DNA of 20,000 nt, taken from positions 57,902 to 77,901 of IMG/VR virus record IMGVR_UViG_3300003086_000045. The stretch is one strand, 5' to 3'. Every line of letters begins with the position of its first letter. The first letter of the stretch is position 1. A model generated the notes under the pieces. That model had not been told where the DNA came from and did no database searches. It was given only the letters and a program-made list of their open reading frames with translations. This DNA is from an uncultured virus (IMG/VR IMGVR_UViG_3300003086_000045) (taxonomy: Duplodnaviria > Heunggongvirae > Uroviricota > Caudoviricetes > Demerecviridae). Below, piece by piece: positions 16,115 through 20,000 of this stretch. The translations under genes and the position numbers were made by a program.

Positions 16115-16435
16115 ATGATAACAATAACCGAATTAGCTGCAGTTAAAGCTAAAGAATTCCTGGACAATAGAGGCTCAGGATGCGGCTTAAGAATAAAGAT
16201 AACTACAACAGGATGTTCGGGTTATGCATATAATCTAGAGTTTGTGGATACTTTAAACGAAGATGATAATGAGTATTTCTCAAATGATGTTCGTTTAGTA
16301 GTTGATGCTAAATCATTAACCTTCGTTGATGGTACTGAAGTAGATTATGTCTTTGAGGGGTTAAATGAAGGATTTGAGTTCAATAACCCACTAACTAAAG
16401 CAAAGTGTGGATGTGGTGAAAGTTTTACAGTGTAG
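16115..16435 (+). CDS. iscA: A-type Fe-S carrier IscA
   Basis: TTGCSGYAY, EGLNEGFEFNNP, CGCGESF. Confidence 0.93.
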   Translation: MITITELAAVKAKEFLDNRGSGCGLRIKITTTGCSGYAYNLEFVDTLNEDDNEYFSNDVRLVVDAKSLTFVDGTEVDYVFEGLNEGFEFNNPLTKAKCGCGESFTV

Positions 16436-16441
16436 GATAGA

Positions 16442-16567
16442 ATGGATTTAAGATTTATAACAGCAGAGTTATTAAATGATATTAGTTGGTTTGATGGTAT
16501 CATGTATATAATACTAGGCATTGGTATATATGCTATAATAAAGTATATCAATACTAAAATTAATTAA
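16442..16567 (+). CDS. 41-aa single-TM peptide MDLRFITAELLNDISWFDGIMYIILGIGIYAIIKYINTKIN
   Basis: hand-translated; AGGA RBS directly after iscA. Confidence 0.55.
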   Translation: MDLRFITAELLNDISWFDGIMYIILGIGIYAIIKYINTKIN

Positions 16568-16634
16568 GACCCAACGGCGGGTCGAAAGGTAAGACAACGA
16601 TGTCCTTTTAAAATAAAAAAAGGAGAACAACAAT

Positions 16635-16862
16635 ATGTACTACGAATCAGGATTATGCGGATATCTAAAAGGAAATGAAGCAGTAATTAATAAACGCGCA
16701 TCATTAGCACAGGAATTAAAATTTTTATATTGGCAAGATGAGCGCAAGCCAAAAGAATTAATGACAGGTAAGATCAAGTTGACCTTAGCAAGGCTATATA
16801 ACTGGGAAGTAACGTTTTTCCCAGATATCGAGTCAATAAAGACTACCTATAGGAACTCATGA
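16635..16862 (+). CDS. hypothetical protein
   Basis: AAGGAG RBS. Confidence 0.6.
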   Translation: MYYESGLCGYLKGNEAVINKRASLAQELKFLYWQDERKPKELMTGKIKLTLARLYNWEVTFFPDIESIKTTYRNS

Positions 16863-16945
16863 ATAAAACAGAGAACGAACACTTTCCAGATTGGGAAGGA
16901 GATTATTGGAAATAAAATAACATGAAGTATTAGAGGGAATATCTA

Positions 16946-17185
16946 ATGGGGGATGTCATCCAATTTAGACTAGCAGAAGTCGATTATTGGCCATGGGAGT
17001 GGGTGACACCCTACAACCCCACTTTGTATGAATTAAGAGTAACACTAGAGACAATAAGGAGATACTACACAAATAACGTGGCAGCATTAGATAACTGCGG
17101 AGTCTCGGCAGAGATAGAAATTTTAGAAAATATAGATAGATTAAGCTGTATGTACTGGAGAGTAATGCAGTACTATAAATTATAA
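16946..17185 (+). CDS. hypothetical phage protein (MGDVIQF N-terminus)
   Basis: GAGG RBS; N-terminal motif common in phage ORFs. Confidence 0.6.
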   Translation: MGDVIQFRLAEVDYWPWEWVTPYNPTLYELRVTLETIRRYYTNNVAALDNCGVSAEIEILENIDRLSCMYWRVMQYYKL

Positions 17186-17215
17186 CTAGTTTTTAATTGA
17201 AAAAGGAAATTAACC

Positions 17216-17974
17216 TTGAGTAAAAAACAAAGAAGGTCCTTTCTACGTGATCTCAAAAGAGGGAAAGTAGACCAAAGTAATCACGACCACCTTGAGCAAG
17301 CAGGAGAGATGCTTGAATTTTTAAGGGATTACACTATCAGGAGGAGTGAGGAGTCATTAAGACCCTTAAACGATAAGCAAGACCGATACATAAAAGCTAT
17401 AAAAAATAATATTATTACTTTTAGTTCTGGGCCGGCAGGAACAGGGAAAACTTATGTATGTGCAGCACTAGCTGCCGAAGCTATAGCAGCTGGAAAGACT
17501 GAGAAGATAATTGTTACTAGACCGGCACAGGAGGCTGGAGAAAGTTTAGGGTTTTTACCCGGAGAGTTAGAAGATAAATTTGCACCATACTTTCAACCTT
17601 TTAAAGATGTTTTAGAAGAGAGACTTGGTAAAGGGCATGTTCAGGGGTTAGTAAGAGCAGGGCGTATCGAAGCCGCTCCATTAGCTTATATGAGAGGCCG
17701 TTCATTTAAAAATTGTTGGTTAATTTTAGATGAAGCACAAAACTGTACACCAACTCAGATGAAGTTATTTTTAACCCGTATTGGGGAAAACTGCACTGTA
17801 ATTGTAAATGGAGATAGAAGTCAACAAGACATTAAAGGTACTTGCGGCTTAGTAGATGCTATGAGAAGATTACAATACTGCAATGGAGTAACTAATATTA
17901 TGTTTGACAAGGAAGATATCGTACGCTCAGGGATTGTTCAAAAGATTGTAGAAGCATACGAAGATGACGCCTAA
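17216..17974 (+). CDS. phoH: PhoH-family ATPase
   Basis: GPAGTGKT, LGFLPG, YMRGRSF, ILDEAQN, GD..Q.D, DIVRSGIV. Confidence 0.96.
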   Translation: MSKKQRRSFLRDLKRGKVDQSNHDHLEQAGEMLEFLRDYTIRRSEESLRPLNDKQDRYIKAIKNNIITFSSGPAGTGKTYVCAALAAEAIAAGKTEKIIVTRPAQEAGESLGFLPGELEDKFAPYFQPFKDVLEERLGKGHVQGLVRAGRIEAAPLAYMRGRSFKNCWLILDEAQNCTPTQMKLFLTRIGENCTVIVNGDRSQQDIKGTCGLVDAMRRLQYCNGVTNIMFDKEDIVRSGIVQKIVEAYEDDA

Positions 17975-18136
17975 ATACTGGGAAGACCTTTCTACTTTAG
18001 ATAGACTTGAATACCTTTATTGGATAGAAGTACTAGTAGATTGCGGAAGGTTAGAAGGTAACATGAGTGACGAAGAGATTTTAGAGAAGTGCAAGAGAAT
18101 GTATTATTGCGATATTTCTATGGAGTCTAATTAATT

Positions 18137-18610
18137 ATGAAGTTTGAATACGAACAAATGCCTGAAATGGCACCTTTACCTATAAAGACTAAAGGTAAGA
18201 GTACAATAGGGGCTATCTGGCTATGGATAGTAACAACACGAAAATGGAAGCTCGTTAGCGATTGGAAGTTTAGTATGGATGGGGTACAATATATGATACC
18301 CGCAGGATTTAAGTTCGACGGCGCGTCAGTGCCAAAGTTCTTTAGATCATGGTTAAGTCCAATGGGTGTATTACTTATACCTGGGTTAGTACATGATTAT
18401 GGATATAAGTATTCGTATCTACTTACTAAGTATACTACTGAAAGTTATCAAATAGGTTTTCAACACGACCAAAAGTTTTTTGATGCTGTATTTAGAGATG
18501 TAGCAATTGAAGTAAATGGCTTCAAATATTTAAATTATATGGCGTACTATGCCCTCCGTTTAGGCGGGTTTGTAGCTTGGAAGGGGCACAGGAAACATGA
18601 CAAGTCATGA
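18137..18610 (+). CDS. DUF1353-like phage protein
   Basis: IPAGFKFDGASVP and VHDYGY motifs. Confidence 0.75.
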   Translation: MKFEYEQMPEMAPLPIKTKGKSTIGAIWLWIVTTRKWKLVSDWKFSMDGVQYMIPAGFKFDGASVPKFFRSWLSPMGVLLIPGLVHDYGYKYSYLLTKYTTESYQIGFQHDQKFFDAVFRDVAIEVNGFKYLNYMAYYALRLGGFVAWKGHRKHDKS

Positions 18611-18898
18611 AAAAGGTGCTTTATTCTGGGCACTGGTTATCTTTATGCTAGTTATACTAGCGTGAATAGATTTAAGTGTGTATCGTGTGTAGCTACTATA
18701 GCTATATATATAGTTACATTCGTATGTATACTAGTGATAAAATATGCTGGGTAAACTAACACACTGTATAGCAACAAAGAAGTGTTTTACATCTTGGTCT
18801 TGGAACAAGTGTAAATGCTTAGCATACCTCCTGTCTATGGCAGTCGGGGTTCCTTTACTTATGATAGGGACTTCGTTCCTAATGATGGAGATTAATAA

Positions 18899-19429
18899 AT
18901 GAGTTTAAGAAATATTACTATAATAGTATTAACGTGGGTTGTTTTTTCATGTTGGTTGTTTGTATCCCCTTACGCTTTTGCGTTAGATGATTTTGATTTA
19001 GCTAAGTACGGCCCCGATGATAAAATTGAAGTAAAGAGAACAGAGTTTATTGTTAAACTTGTACTATATACATCTGATGAAGAATTAAACAAATCTTATG
19101 AAAAAGTTACAGAAACCACTTTAGGCGAAGGAGAGGGAGTTAGAGGCTTTGCCTCTGTACACCCATCAGAGGATGTTTGTTACGTTCATATAATGGCAGC
19201 AAAGATTTGGGATGACAGGGAAGCAATGGCTATTATGGGACACGAAGTCTATCACTGCGCTTTATCCCAACATGAAACTATTGTTGGTGTAAGTACGGAA
19301 AAACCTATTGAAGAAGGTACTGAGGAACAAGAAATAGAGTCACTATACGACGAAGATAGAAAGCTAGAGCTAGAGTGGCTATCAGAGGACTATGAAAAGA
19401 TGGGAATTGTTATAACAGAGGATAAATAG
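18899..19429 (+). CDS. secreted protein with HExxH zinc-metallopeptidase motif
   Basis: signal peptide ending AFA; IMGHEVYHC. Confidence 0.6.
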   Translation: MSLRNITIIVLTWVVFSCWLFVSPYAFALDDFDLAKYGPDDKIEVKRTEFIVKLVLYTSDEELNKSYEKVTETTLGEGEGVRGFASVHPSEDVCYVHIMAAKIWDDREAMAIMGHEVYHCALSQHETIVGVSTEKPIEEGTEEQEIESLYDEDRKLELEWLSEDYEKMGIVITEDK

Positions 19430-19430
19430 A

Positions 19431-19772
19431 ATGAATGATAAAATGGCAGGAATAGTAGTTAGATTTACAGGATTACTTTTAATAATTGGATTATTTTATG
19501 GCACTTCTGCAAAGGCAGTACCTTGTCCAGTAAAGGATGTAGTAGTTGAAAGAGATGTAATTGATACAGCAGTAAATGTTGGGTTAATATCATTAGAAGA
19601 AGCACTTCAACTTAGAAAAGATATTGCAGATGGTAAGAAAGATGTCATTGACGTTGATAGTGACGAAGGTATCATATCTTTCGGAACAATAACGTATGAT
19701 ATAGAAGACTTAGACGCTGATCCCGAAGAAGGAGAGTACATAGACGGCGAGTGGTACGATGCGTATCATTAA
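19431..19772 (+). CDS. secreted/anchored acidic hypothetical protein
   Basis: N-terminal hydrophobic segment ending AKA; acidic tail. Confidence 0.6.
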   Translation: MNDKMAGIVVRFTGLLLIIGLFYGTSAKAVPCPVKDVVVERDVIDTAVNVGLISLEEALQLRKDIADGKKDVIDVDSDEGIISFGTITYDIEDLDADPEEGEYIDGEWYDAYH

Positions 19773-19807
19773 CCCTTTTAGAGAAGAGACGAGACAGAGG
19801 ATGAAAA

Positions 19808-20000
19808 ATGAAGGAAGAAGCTTGGTTTAGTAAATCAGTATTTTATGCTATGGCATTATTGACTATGGCGTCCACTATTACAGCGTGTTCTACTTTAGTA
19901 AATAAACCTAGTATACCTGAAATTGGTACAGATGAATTTGATAGAGTATTACTAAATTGTATAGTATATGGAGAGGGGTTGTACTCCTGTGAGGAAGTAG
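19808..20000 (+). CDS. putative lipoprotein (truncated by window end)
   Basis: MKEEAWFSKSVFYAMALLTMASTITACST with ITAC lipobox. Confidence 0.5.
   Translation, partial: MKEEAWFSKSVFYAMALLTMASTITACSTLVNKPSIPEIGTDEFDRVLLNCIVYGEGLYSCEEV

Overview
AT-rich bacteriophage DNA, most likely a T5-like (Demerecviridae-like) siphovirus infecting a sulfur-oxidising gammaproteobacterium (SUP05/Thioglobus-type host inferred). Left half (1-10.4 kb, minus strand): pre-early/early-type region of small ORFs behind many near-consensus sigma70 promoters. It holds five paralogs resembling T5 A2, a DEDDh exonuclease and a SemiSWEET/PQ-loop-like membrane protein. Between them are plus-strand promoters that fire into non-coding DNA: a candidate ~335-nt structured RNA, several short candidate RNAs with a repeated 16-nt motif, and two perfect Fur-box palindromes. 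Right half (10.6-20 kb, plus strand): an HTH gene behind a tandem operator-like repeat, a T5-like small terminase, small membrane proteins, then a compact sulfur/Fe-S auxiliary metabolic cassette (rdsrA, 45-aa peptide, dsrC, tusA, iscU, 4Fe-4S ferredoxin, erpA, grxD, iscA), phoH and hypothetical or secreted proteins. All family assignments come from recalled motifs, not database searches.
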